From a virus: 64,000 nucleotides of DNA. The stretch lies in IMG/VR virus record IMGVR_UViG_3300027917_000034, positions 1-64,000 of that record; one strand, given 5' to 3'. The position numbers and the translations under genes were made by a program. How positions within the stretch are numbered: the stretch's first letter is position 1; every line of letters starts with the position of its first letter. The notes under the pieces were generated by a model that was not told where the DNA came from, searched no databases, and saw only the letters and a program-made list of their open reading frames with translations. This document shows positions 5,460 through 13,273 of the stretch, one piece after another.

Positions 5460-5568
5460 GGCCGACAAGATCGATGAGAGCTTTTACATGCCGGACTCGA
5501 ACCGGCTAGGTTTGGTTGATAGCCAAATTGTGAACCAATCACGATGTACTCCCACCCGGCATTCGGCC
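5460..5568 (-). ncRNA. Y RNA 8 (unpermuted cloverleaf attached through the acceptor stem; ATC anticodon loop)
   Basis: GGCCGAATGC...CTTGTCGGCC; TACAT/ATGTA stem, GTGA-TTGGT-TCAC, TTTGG-CTATCAA-CCAAA, GCCGGTTCGAGTCCGGC. Confidence 0.85.
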
Positions 5569-5643
5569 TGGCAGGTCACTGAGGAATCGAACCCCACAGA
5601 CGTCCGGGTTTGGAGCCCAGACCGCGTACCCAGCGCGTGACCC
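5569..5643 (-). tRNA. tRNA-Trp(CCA), short D arm
   Basis: CTGGG-CT CCA AA-CCCGG; G73; encoded CCA. Confidence 0.82.
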
Positions 5644-5723
5644 AGAGCGTCTCCGTCCAGGGCGTATCCATGGAACGAGTCGCTTCATGCGTCTCTCGGA
5701 GACGTGGCAGCATCCCGAAGGTC

Positions 5724-5780
5724 GCTGCCCCCACTGGTACCGTTGCTCCCTTTCGGGCCTGGCGGTCCTTGGTGGGCCAG
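5724..5780 (-). ncRNA. SRP RNA (4.5S/helix 8)-like element
   Basis: CCGCCAGGCCC-GAAA-GGGAGCAACGG has the CAGG/GNRA/AGCA signature of SRP domain IV; closed by CCCAC/GTGGG. Confidence 0.72.
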
Positions 5781-5853
5781 CATCGGAGGCAGGGATCGAA
5801 CCTGCACTGACGCGGGGTCAAAGCCCGCCGCTCTACCGTTGAGCTACTCCGAT
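5781..5853 (-). tRNA. tRNA-Gln(TTG)
   Basis: GCGGG-CT TTG AC-CCCGC. Confidence 0.88.
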
Positions 5854-5864
5854 ATGAAAACTGC

Positions 5865-5937
5865 GGCTCGGGCGCGAGGACTCGAACCTCGATTAGCGGG
5901 GCCAGAACCCGCCGTCCTGCCATTAGACGACGCCCGA
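5865..5937 (-). tRNA. tRNA-Gln(CTG)
   Basis: GCGGG-TT CTG GC-CCCGC; U1:A72. Confidence 0.92.
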
Positions 5938-5938
5938 A

Positions 5939-6014
5939 TGGTGGGTCCACCGGGACTCGAACCCAGATCGTCCGATTAAGAGTCGGAGGCGTTGCCAATT
6001 ACGCTCATGGACCC
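5939..6014 (-). tRNA. tRNA-Lys(CTT)
   Basis: TCCGA-CT CTT AA-TCGGA; encoded CCA. Confidence 0.92.
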
Positions 6015-6019
6015 GTGAA

Positions 6020-6094
6020 GGCTGGCCAGGTGGGACTCGAACCCACAACATCCCGGTTAACAGCCGGGCGCTCTACCAGGTGAGCTTCTGGCCA
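6020..6094 (-). tRNA. tRNA-Asn(GTT)
   Basis: CCCGG-CT GTT AA-CCGGG. Confidence 0.92.
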
Positions 6095-6199
6095 ATATGC
6101 CCCGGGGCCGGGTGAGCCCCGGGGCGAAGATGCTCGGTTGTCACAGACCGTTCGGCCGTCGCCGGCAGGTTCACAATCGGAACCTGCTTCTTCGATCGG

Positions 6200-6272
6200 T
6201 GGGGGCAACAGGGCTCGAACCTGCTCAGACCGGATTAAAAGTCCGGTGCCCGTCCTGTCGGGCGCTACCCCC
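6200..6272 (-). tRNA. tRNA-Lys(TTT)
   Basis: CCGGA-CT TTT AA-TCCGG. Confidence 0.88.
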
Positions 6273-6344
6273 GGAGATTGCTGTCTCCGGGTCATTGTTT
6301 GAATCGCCTGGGCATCGCTCCTCGTCTCCTCGAATCCGCCAACG

Positions 6345-6375
6345 AAAAAAGCCGCCTCGGTTTCCCGGGGCGGCT
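6345..6375 (-). terminator. intrinsic terminator/attenuator upstream of the tRNA-Y RNA operon
   Basis: AGCCGCCCCGG-GAAA-CCGAGGCGGCT followed by a U-tract on the minus strand, just before the first tRNA. Confidence 0.75.
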
Positions 6376-6732
6376 CTCGCGTACAGTGCGTGTGCTTTGC
6401 GAGAGCCTACCCGGGGCTACCCTCCTGAAGCGCGATGGCGGCATAAAACACGGTATTGCCGCTATCGGAGGGTAGACACGTCCATGAGGACGGTCGTTTG
6501 ACCTCCGTGCGCTTCAACCGGGTATGGGATTCTTGCCGTTGCATCGTGCTTCTCAGTAGCTCCCGGAAGGTGATGGACCTCCCGCTCGCACTTCTCAGCC
6601 TGTCAAGCGCAAACCATCCCGTCAAGGGAAAAATGCACGCCGAGGCAACTTTTTTGCGGCTCTTTGGAACGTACTGACTGGTACTCCGTTGAGGGGCGGA
6701 GTGATCTCCCTGACGCCCACGGCGACGGCCCC

Positions 6733-6747
6733 GCGACCAGTGGTCGC
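6733..6747. promoter_or_regulatory. palindrome GCGACCAGTGGTCGC, copy 1 of 4
   Basis: Identical intergenic 15-bp inverted repeat at 6733, 20092, 28077 and 37536. Confidence 0.7.
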
Positions 6748-6844
6748 AGAGATGGCTGTGAACGATTGCTCTTGACACCCGTGACAATCTCCTGCTATGT
6801 GGTATGAGTGAGTCGGGGAAGGTCTCCCCGAAGGAGAGCGATCG

Positions 6845-7053
6845 TGGCCCGTTTCAAGCACTCCTTACGCTCCGAGATGAGCGACGACCGCTACTCCGTA
6901 CTGGTGTTGGAGGATGAGCGCTCGACGCACATCCGATGTAGCGTCGATGGCGAGTGGGTCGTGCGCGTGACGGCGCCCCGAAGGCACGATGCGTTCTGCG
7001 CGGCCGAGAAGGCGCTGCTGCTTCTGCGGGAGCTTGTCGAGGAGAGGCCATGA
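6845..7053 (+). CDS. hypothetical protein
   Basis: AGGAG RBS before GTG; stop overlaps the next start (ATGA). Confidence 0.55.
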
Positions 7054-7718
7054 AGAAGCACCTGAAGTACCTGAGCTATGTCATCCGCCACCGCTGGTAC
7101 GTGTTCGTGGAGTGCCTGAAGATGGGCCTCGTCTGGCGCGGGCTCGTGCACGACCTGTCGAAATTTCTGCCCTCGGAGTGGTTCCCCTACGTCAACTACT
7201 TCAACGGCGAGTGGCGCTGCAAGGGGGACGTGCCGCCGGACTACAAGGCCCCGCAGGAGATCAAGGCCGCCTTCGATCTCGCGTGGCTGAAACACCAGCA
7301 CCGCAACCCGCACCACTGGCAATACTGGCGGCTCCGGGAGGACGACGGCGGAACCAAGGTGCTCCCCATGCCGCCCGTGTTCGTGAAGGAGATGCTGGCC
7401 GACTGGCGGGGCGCCGGGAAAGCTCAGGGGCAGACGTCCCTCGGTCCTTGGTATGCCAAGCACTACTGGAAGATCGAAGTGGCGAAGGAGACGCGCGACC
7501 TCTTGCACTCCCTCATGGAGCCCGACGAGCTACCGCCGACCGAGACGGTGACGGTGTTCGACAGGGTGTCGATCGAGAGTGTGTCCATGATGCCGGACGG
7601 CAGCATGCAGGCAGCCGGCAAGGTCGAGGAGTCGCACACCGAGGAGCGAGTCGTAGGCGGCCCGGGACAAGGCGTGTCCATCGGGTCGCGCGGGCGTGTG
7701 GGGGAGGTGAAGAGATGA
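7050..7718 (+). CDS. DUF5662-like HD-domain protein
   Basis: 'H..Y...HRW.V', 'HDLSKF', 'AWLKHQHRNPHHWQYW' and 'EMLADW' motifs. Confidence 0.75.
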   Translation: MKKHLKYLSYVIRHRWYVFVECLKMGLVWRGLVHDLSKFLPSEWFPYVNYFNGEWRCKGDVPPDYKAPQEIKAAFDLAWLKHQHRNPHHWQYWRLREDDGGTKVLPMPPVFVKEMLADWRGAGKAQGQTSLGPWYAKHYWKIEVAKETRDLLHSLMEPDELPPTETVTVFDRVSIESVSMMPDGSMQAAGKVEESHTEERVVGGPGQGVSIGSRGRVGEVKR

Positions 7719-7915
7719 GCAAGGAAGGGGTCGAGAAGCTGGAGGACGCAGCCTTCACCTTCCTGTGCGCGATCGAAGACCTGCGGACCGAGTTGCCTCG
7801 CGATCTGTACGACTGCGCCAAAGGAGTTGCTTGGGGCCTCCGAGGCACGCTCGGGAGCGAGTTGGAGAAGCACGGAGAGCCGCTCCGGCACCCGGGCGGG
7901 AGGAAGAAGAAATGA
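7715..7915 (+). CDS. hypothetical protein
   Basis: Translationally coupled ORF with RBS. Confidence 0.55.
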   Translation: MSKEGVEKLEDAAFTFLCAIEDLRTELPRDLYDCAKGVAWGLRGTLGSELEKHGEPLRHPGGRKKK

Positions 7916-8193
7916 ACCCCCTATGGGAGCGCTGGCAGCGTTGGATCATGTCGTTCGGGTGCACCGATCAGGGGCGGGCGGTGGCGTTGGAGCTTTCGCA
8001 CGACGAGATCGTCCGGCTCGAACCCCTTCTCACCTACGCTCTGATGAACACGATAGACCAGCTACGCATCGACTCCATCAACGGTGAGCCCCTGACCATG
8101 ATGGAGCTACGCAACTACGTGGAGGCGGGCGAGGGCGGGGACAGCCTCACCCTCTGGTACCGCGTCCCGTGGTGGCCGAAACCGGAGGCATGA
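7912..8193 (+). CDS. hypothetical protein
   Basis: Coupled ORF. Confidence 0.55.
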   Translation: MNPLWERWQRWIMSFGCTDQGRAVALELSHDEIVRLEPLLTYALMNTIDQLRIDSINGEPLTMMELRNYVEAGEGGDSLTLWYRVPWWPKPEA

Positions 8194-8194
8194 G

Positions 8195-8908
8195 ATGAGC
8201 ACACCTGGCACCCCCGCATGGCTTCGCGCGATGGCGGAGAGGGAAGAGAAGGCGGCTGACAACCTGCGAGAGATCATCCGGGAGCACCAGGATCTCAAAG
8301 CGCACCAAGAGGAGCTACAGAGTGGCGTGGACGCCCACGTGGCGCTCCGTGAGGGCTTGCTCCGCGCAGCCAACCGTATCGAGCGCCTTCAGGCCGAGCT
8401 AGCGAAGCAGAAGACCGGCGTGGACCCGACACACTGCCCGCCCCCGGCCCCGCGCCGCCCGGCCCCGTCGTTCCCCCGTCAGGTGGAAAGGCCGCAGGTG
8501 CCGATCTACCGTGTGCGGATGCCGGCGTCGGAGTTTGCGACGGACCAGCGCGACTACGAGCGCTTCTTCGATTGGATCAACGGCTCGGAGAACCTCGGGA
8601 TGGGCCTGCTCGACCCGTGCGAGGTATTCGTCCTCGGAGACCCGGACGTGGACGGAGGGACGTGGGATTTCGACACCGTGATCGGCGTGTCCACGCTCAT
8701 GAAAGACAAGCACCCGAAGGGGTTCGTTCGCATCTCCGGCACGAGCCGGAAGGGGCCGTTGAACCTTCTGGCGAAGTCTCTCGGGAGCATCGACCTGAAG
8801 GGGTGCATGGTCCTGGACGTGGAGGCATCGGACGACGAGACGATCATCGAATTCGTGGCGCAGTCTGCGGAGCCGGTGAAGGTGGAGGAAGACGATGAAG
8901 CCGAGTAG
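8195..8908 (+). CDS. hypothetical protein (coiled-coil N-terminus)
   Basis: 237-aa ORF with RBS GGAGG. Confidence 0.7.
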   Translation: MSTPGTPAWLRAMAEREEKAADNLREIIREHQDLKAHQEELQSGVDAHVALREGLLRAANRIERLQAELAKQKTGVDPTHCPPPAPRRPAPSFPRQVERPQVPIYRVRMPASEFATDQRDYERFFDWINGSENLGMGLLDPCEVFVLGDPDVDGGTWDFDTVIGVSTLMKDKHPKGFVRISGTSRKGPLNLLAKSLGSIDLKGCMVLDVEASDDETIIEFVAQSAEPVKVEEDDEAE

Positions 8909-10226
8909 AGAAGAGATCGCCCGTCTGGCCGAGGAGCGTGATCGGGCCATGGAGCGTTGGCGCATGGCAGTCGAGGGCGAAGCCGAAGAAGAGGCACCTC
9001 GCGAGTGCATGCACGGGTTCATGCACGGGTGGTGCCCCGACCCCCGGTGCAGCTACGCCATGAAGGCCGACGAGTACGACGCCGAGATGAAGCGCGACCC
9101 GCTCCACGGAGAGATGTGGGACCGCGACAAGCTCCTGTACCCGAAGGTCCGGATGATCCGAGCCCAGAGGGGTGACGAGTGGGGCTGGGAGGTCAAGTGC
9201 CTCGTGCGCCCGCGCGAGGGCGAGAACGGGGAGGTGGTGTGGGCCGAGGAGCAGCACAGCGCCGAGCACGCACCCTTCGGTCCGACCCGACGTATCCACT
9301 GCGCCTGCGGGATCTCCTACGACGTGACCACCGACATACCGCCAGAGCACGTGCCGGGGCTCTGCCCGCAGTGTGGCGGCGAGCGCTTCCGCTCCACACC
9401 GCTCGTGGAGGTCTACGAGGAGCCCATACCGAACGACGACGATGACGGCGTGGACGACCTCGACTTGCCGGGTTCCCCAGACCATGACGCGGACATCGCG
9501 GACAGCTACCACCGCGCCCGAGACGACGAGCTAGCCCGGCGCGCAGAGCACGCGACCAAGGCCGAGGAGAGGGCTCTCCAAGACTTCACGAGCGCCATGG
9601 AAGAGGTGCGCTGCAAACTCGTAGCGGCCGTGGGCGGCCCGGCGAACATGAAGTGGATGGACCTGGTTCCGGCCGTGGAGAAGCTGGCCACAGACCTGGC
9701 CAACACCAAGGCCAACAGCGCGAACGTCTTCCTGGCCGTCAACATCGTCCGAGAGCACCTGTGGAAGATCCGAGACGTGGCCGCCAAGGCGCTCGGAGAG
9801 GACGTGCCGGACTGGACGACCGGAGACGAGCACACGGCTACTGCCTACGTGGAGCGGATCATCGCTCGCCTGGAGGAGAACGCCGAGGAGCGGAGCCGCA
9901 TGGTCGGCACGATCAACCGCCTGGAAGAGGACGTCAAGGTGCTCCACGAGGGCGACGAGACCGAGGCCGGGACGTGGAAACTCCACTACGTCAGCCTGTG
10001 CCAAGAGATCGGCATTCCGCGTTCGGTCTACGGCGACGTGAAGGCCCCGAAGGTGGACGAGATCGCCCGCTACATGGGGCAGACGTACACGCCCCTGACG
10101 AAGCTGGCCGAGCGCGTGGCCGACATCGAGAACCGGCTTCCGAAGCAACAGGTCTGCGGCCAGTGCGGGGCTCGCTACCCGACCGGGGTGCAATTCTGCC
10201 CGTCCTGCGGAAAGGAGCCATCATGA
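8895..10226 (+). CDS. hypothetical protein with several Zn-ribbon motifs
   Basis: 443 aa; CxxC pairs including C-terminal CGQCG...FCPSCG. Confidence 0.75.
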   Translation: MKPSREEIARLAEERDRAMERWRMAVEGEAEEEAPRECMHGFMHGWCPDPRCSYAMKADEYDAEMKRDPLHGEMWDRDKLLYPKVRMIRAQRGDEWGWEVKCLVRPREGENGEVVWAEEQHSAEHAPFGPTRRIHCACGISYDVTTDIPPEHVPGLCPQCGGERFRSTPLVEVYEEPIPNDDDDGVDDLDLPGSPDHDADIADSYHRARDDELARRAEHATKAEERALQDFTSAMEEVRCKLVAAVGGPANMKWMDLVPAVEKLATDLANTKANSANVFLAVNIVREHLWKIRDVAAKALGEDVPDWTTGDEHTATAYVERIIARLEENAEERSRMVGTINRLEEDVKVLHEGDETEAGTWKLHYVSLCQEIGIPRSVYGDVKAPKVDEIARYMGQTYTPLTKLAERVADIENRLPKQQVCGQCGARYPTGVQFCPSCGKEPS

Positions 10227-10609
10227 GTCACACCTACGAGGACGAGACCGGGATCATCTTCCACTACAATTCGGACCTGTCGGGCGGGGTCACGATCGTC
10301 GTACCCCCGAACAACCCTCACGGGGACGGTACGGAGATTTCGATCGAGGCGGACGTCCTGAGCCGGTTCGTTTTCCACGCCATGATGGACCCCGAGGAGA
10401 CGCTGGCCTGGCTCGACAAGGTGAGGGAGTGGGTCAACCGGCACACGAACGCGGTGACTCAGTACCGGGAGGAGCGAGCGAGAGCCCTCTTCTCGCGGCC
10501 TCCGGAGCAGCGCTGCGAGAGTTGCGAGAACGCCCCGGACGACTGCTACCCGGACCCTCCCGACTCAGGCGGGTGCGACTCCCACAAGCCGAAGGTGCGT
10601 CTGGAGTAG
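10223..10609 (+). CDS. hypothetical protein
   Basis: Coupled ORF with AAGGAG RBS. Confidence 0.65.
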   Translation: MSHTYEDETGIIFHYNSDLSGGVTIVVPPNNPHGDGTEISIEADVLSRFVFHAMMDPEETLAWLDKVREWVNRHTNAVTQYREERARALFSRPPEQRCESCENAPDDCYPDPPDSGGCDSHKPKVRLE

Positions 10610-10611
10610 CC

Positions 10612-11007
10612 GTGGACTGGAGAGAGCTACGAGAGGAGCGGCTGGACCGGGTGAACGAATTCCTGGCGGTCATGGGCTCCCACGGGAGGAAGTTTTTCTG
10701 CCACGAGGGAGTGGTGTCCTGGCTCGAACAAGACGAGCGGGGACGCATCTGGTTCGTGGACTCTTGGCAGGGAACACGGGTCTACACGCACCGGGAAGGG
10801 CGCTGGCGGGGCTTCCACCACGGCGGGACTCTGAAGGGGCTCGTGAAGGCCCTGAAGAGGTACGTGATGGAAGGCACGATGCTGTCTCCCCGGGCCTTGT
10901 GGTGGCCGGAGTGGTACTGCGCTGGAGACCTCTGGGGGTACGGGGAGGCCATGCACCCGGTCCGCGAGGCCGCCTTGCGGCTTGGGCTTGTGGTGTCTGG
11001 AGAGTAA
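10612..11007 (+). CDS. hypothetical phage protein
   Basis: GGAG RBS before GTG; Trp-rich globular sequence. Confidence 0.65.
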   Translation: MDWRELREERLDRVNEFLAVMGSHGRKFFCHEGVVSWLEQDERGRIWFVDSWQGTRVYTHREGRWRGFHHGGTLKGLVKALKRYVMEGTMLSPRALWWPEWYCAGDLWGYGEAMHPVREAALRLGLVVSGE

Positions 11008-11680
11008 GATCGTCGGCATGGGGTGTATTACCGTGATCCGAGATGAAAAGATCGTCACGCTCGACGTGACGTGGACCGACGACGTGGTGGTCGAGTGGGC
11101 CGAGGACGATGGAGTTTGCATCGTGCGAGCCGCGCTGGACTACGCAGAGGCCGACGCGCGGATCATCCTCCGGCGTGGACCGAGCGAGATGGTCCTGGCT
11201 TCCGGGCTTGGCCGAGAGATGAGCTACTCCGGCAAGCACGCGGTTGCCAAGGGTGATGAGGTCGTGCTTCAGTGGCGCGCTCTCGTGCCCTCGGAGCCGG
11301 GTGTGTCCGAGGTGGCCGAGGTGACGCTGGAGGCCATGCAGGACCAATTCGAGGCCGAGGAGACGAAATCATGAGCTACGGCGCGGCGGTGAAGGCCGAA
11401 CGCAAGCTCGCAGTAGATGAAGATCAGATGTGCTCCTACTGCACCGGGTTCCTGCACATGGGGGACGCCTACGTGGAAGTCACTTCCGAGGTGGCTCCGG
11501 ACCCAGAGACAGGGAACGACGAGATGGTGTCGGTCATCTGCGAGACGTGCGCGAAGAAGATCGGGGCGGCGGTGAGGGGGAGATGAGGACGGTGTTGGAT
11601 GGCGGCGATGGTGGTGGTGATCGTCTTGGCCCTCGCGGTCTATGACGTGACGGAGTGGCTCAGAACCAGGGACGACAGGT

Positions 11681-12121
11681 GTGGATATGGACTGGCGAGA
11701 AAAGGCCGAAGAGATCGTCGGCGCCCGCCCAGCGGAGTTTGATCCTGAGTGGCATGAGGCGAAGATCCGCCTCATCGAAGGGCACCTACAGAGAGCCTAC
11801 GAGGAAGGCGTGAAGGTGGCCGAGGAAGGCGCCTACGAGATCGTGGAGTGGGAGGAATTGGTCGATGGCGAGACCATGACCCACTTCACGGAGGACGACA
11901 ACCGCAGCCGATTCGAGGTCCGAGGGCCTCTTGGCAACGTCATGGTCGTCGTCCCGGACTCGCGTGTCCTGGAAGAGGGCGGCCCGGTGGTCATGGCCGA
12001 GAAAGCCGAGGCCATCCTGAAGGCGTCCAAGCGGGTGCTGAAAGACACCGGCTGGGATGGAGAGGTCATCCTGGTCCCGTCCGACATCAAACTCATGCGA
12101 CTCCGAAGGCGGCCCTTCTGA
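11681..12121 (+). CDS. hypothetical protein
   Basis: ORF with host-like codon usage. Confidence 0.6.
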   Translation: MDMDWREKAEEIVGARPAEFDPEWHEAKIRLIEGHLQRAYEEGVKVAEEGAYEIVEWEELVDGETMTHFTEDDNRSRFEVRGPLGNVMVVVPDSRVLEEGGPVVMAEKAEAILKASKRVLKDTGWDGEVILVPSDIKLMRLRRRPF

Positions 12122-12387
12122 TGGGCTGGGCCTTCTGCGGCACGAACAACCACGGCCAAGAGATGGGCTACGGGGTGGAGGCGACCTGCGACGAGCCCGG
12201 CTGTGATGAGGTGATAGACAGAGGACTCGCGCACGTGTGCGGACGCATGCACGAGGACGACGAGACCTGCCACAAATACTACTGCGGGCGGCATCTGTTC
12301 GTGGCCAACGTCGGGCCTGGCGGCGGCCTGTGCTCACGGTGCCTGGACGAGTGGGAGAGGCGGGGACTGTTGGAGGACGCCGGATGA
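12121..12387 (+). CDS. Cys/His-rich small phage protein
   Basis: MGW..CG....GYGVEATCD.PGC...IDRGL..VCG. Confidence 0.7.
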   Translation: MGWAFCGTNNHGQEMGYGVEATCDEPGCDEVIDRGLAHVCGRMHEDDETCHKYYCGRHLFVANVGPGGGLCSRCLDEWERRGLLEDAG

Positions 12388-13028
12388 AGATGCCAACGCA
12401 GAAACAGATCGAAGAGATGGGCGCAAGCCTGGAAGAGATGGCCCGGGAGACGGAGGGACTCGGACCGCCGGAACCGGAGATGCTGAAAGACTGCGGTGAC
12501 GGTGAGGTCCGACCGATCCTGGTCTACCCGAGCCCGAGACTACGCGACGACACGGCGGACGTGCTGGACTTCGATGACCGGCTCCGCAAACTCGTGGCCG
12601 ACCTGACGACCACGATGTATACGGTCGGCGGCATCGGGCTCGCAGCGACACAGATCGGGGAGACGGACCGGGTGTTCGTGATCGACCTCATGAACGGGCA
12701 GCCACCACAGAAGGGGAGGCCGCCGAGCCAGCTACTCGTCGCGGTGAATCCGAAGGTGTGGTTCATCCCTGGCAAGACGAAACGGGACGCCGAGAGGTGC
12801 CTCTCCTTCCCTGACGCCGTGGAGAACATCACCCGGCCGCACCAGATCGTCATGAAGGCGTTCAACCACCGTGGCAAGCCCTACGCGCTAGGCTGCGCTG
12901 CCGACCTCGCACGCGCGATCCAGCACGAGTACGACCATCTGGAGGGGGTGCTGCTCATCGACCACATGCCGAAGAAGAAGGCCCGCGATCTCAGGGCTCG
13001 CATTCAGCGGAGCGGCAGGCGGCGGTGA
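12384..13028 (+). CDS. def: peptide deformylase
   Basis: Motifs GIGLAATQIG, E(R)CLS and QHEYDHLEG. Confidence 0.92.
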   Translation: MKMPTQKQIEEMGASLEEMARETEGLGPPEPEMLKDCGDGEVRPILVYPSPRLRDDTADVLDFDDRLRKLVADLTTTMYTVGGIGLAATQIGETDRVFVIDLMNGQPPQKGRPPSQLLVAVNPKVWFIPGKTKRDAERCLSFPDAVENITRPHQIVMKAFNHRGKPYALGCAADLARAIQHEYDHLEGVLLIDHMPKKKARDLRARIQRSGRRR

Positions 13029-13273
13029 GCGACTACTCGGACCGAAAGCTCCCCCGCGAGGGGGCCGAGCCCGAGCGCGTGGTCCACATCCTCGACAGCG
13101 GCTTCGCCCTGTGCGGGATGGGGGAGGGGCTGTTCCCGGGTGAGTGGCCGACAGGGCATCTCTGGACCTACGAGTGGGACCGCGACAACGTGACCTGCGA
13201 GGCGTGTCTCAGAGAAGCGGGTCGCCTTTCCCGCCGGGCAGCGGGGCCATCACGGCAGGGGCCGGACAGGTAG
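13025..13273 (+). CDS. small putative Zn-binding protein
   Basis: VH.....ALCG...VTCEACL. Confidence 0.55.
   Translation: MSDYSDRKLPREGAEPERVVHILDSGFALCGMGEGLFPGEWPTGHLWTYEWDRDNVTCEACLREAGRLSRRAAGPSRQGPDR

Noticed and set aside
1352-5568. Reading the repeated GACAAG...GCATTC elements as a CRISPR array or as tRNA introns/pseudogenes
   Set aside because: The repeats are bipartite, covarying and irregularly spaced, with tRNA-arm cargo. No cas operon is present, and the Ro60 context explains them.
121-6272. Stop-codon suppressor tRNA or alternative genetic code
   Set aside because: No CTA, TTA or TCA anticodon was found, and genes terminate normally at TAG, TGA and TAA with tight coupling.
2-6300. 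Many 60-220 aa ORFs on both strands across the tRNA array
   Set aside because: They are translations of tRNA and Y RNA sequence (recurrent GFEP/VRVP motifs) without RBS. Only the TROVE gene, the 884-1111 ORF and the HNH start are kept.
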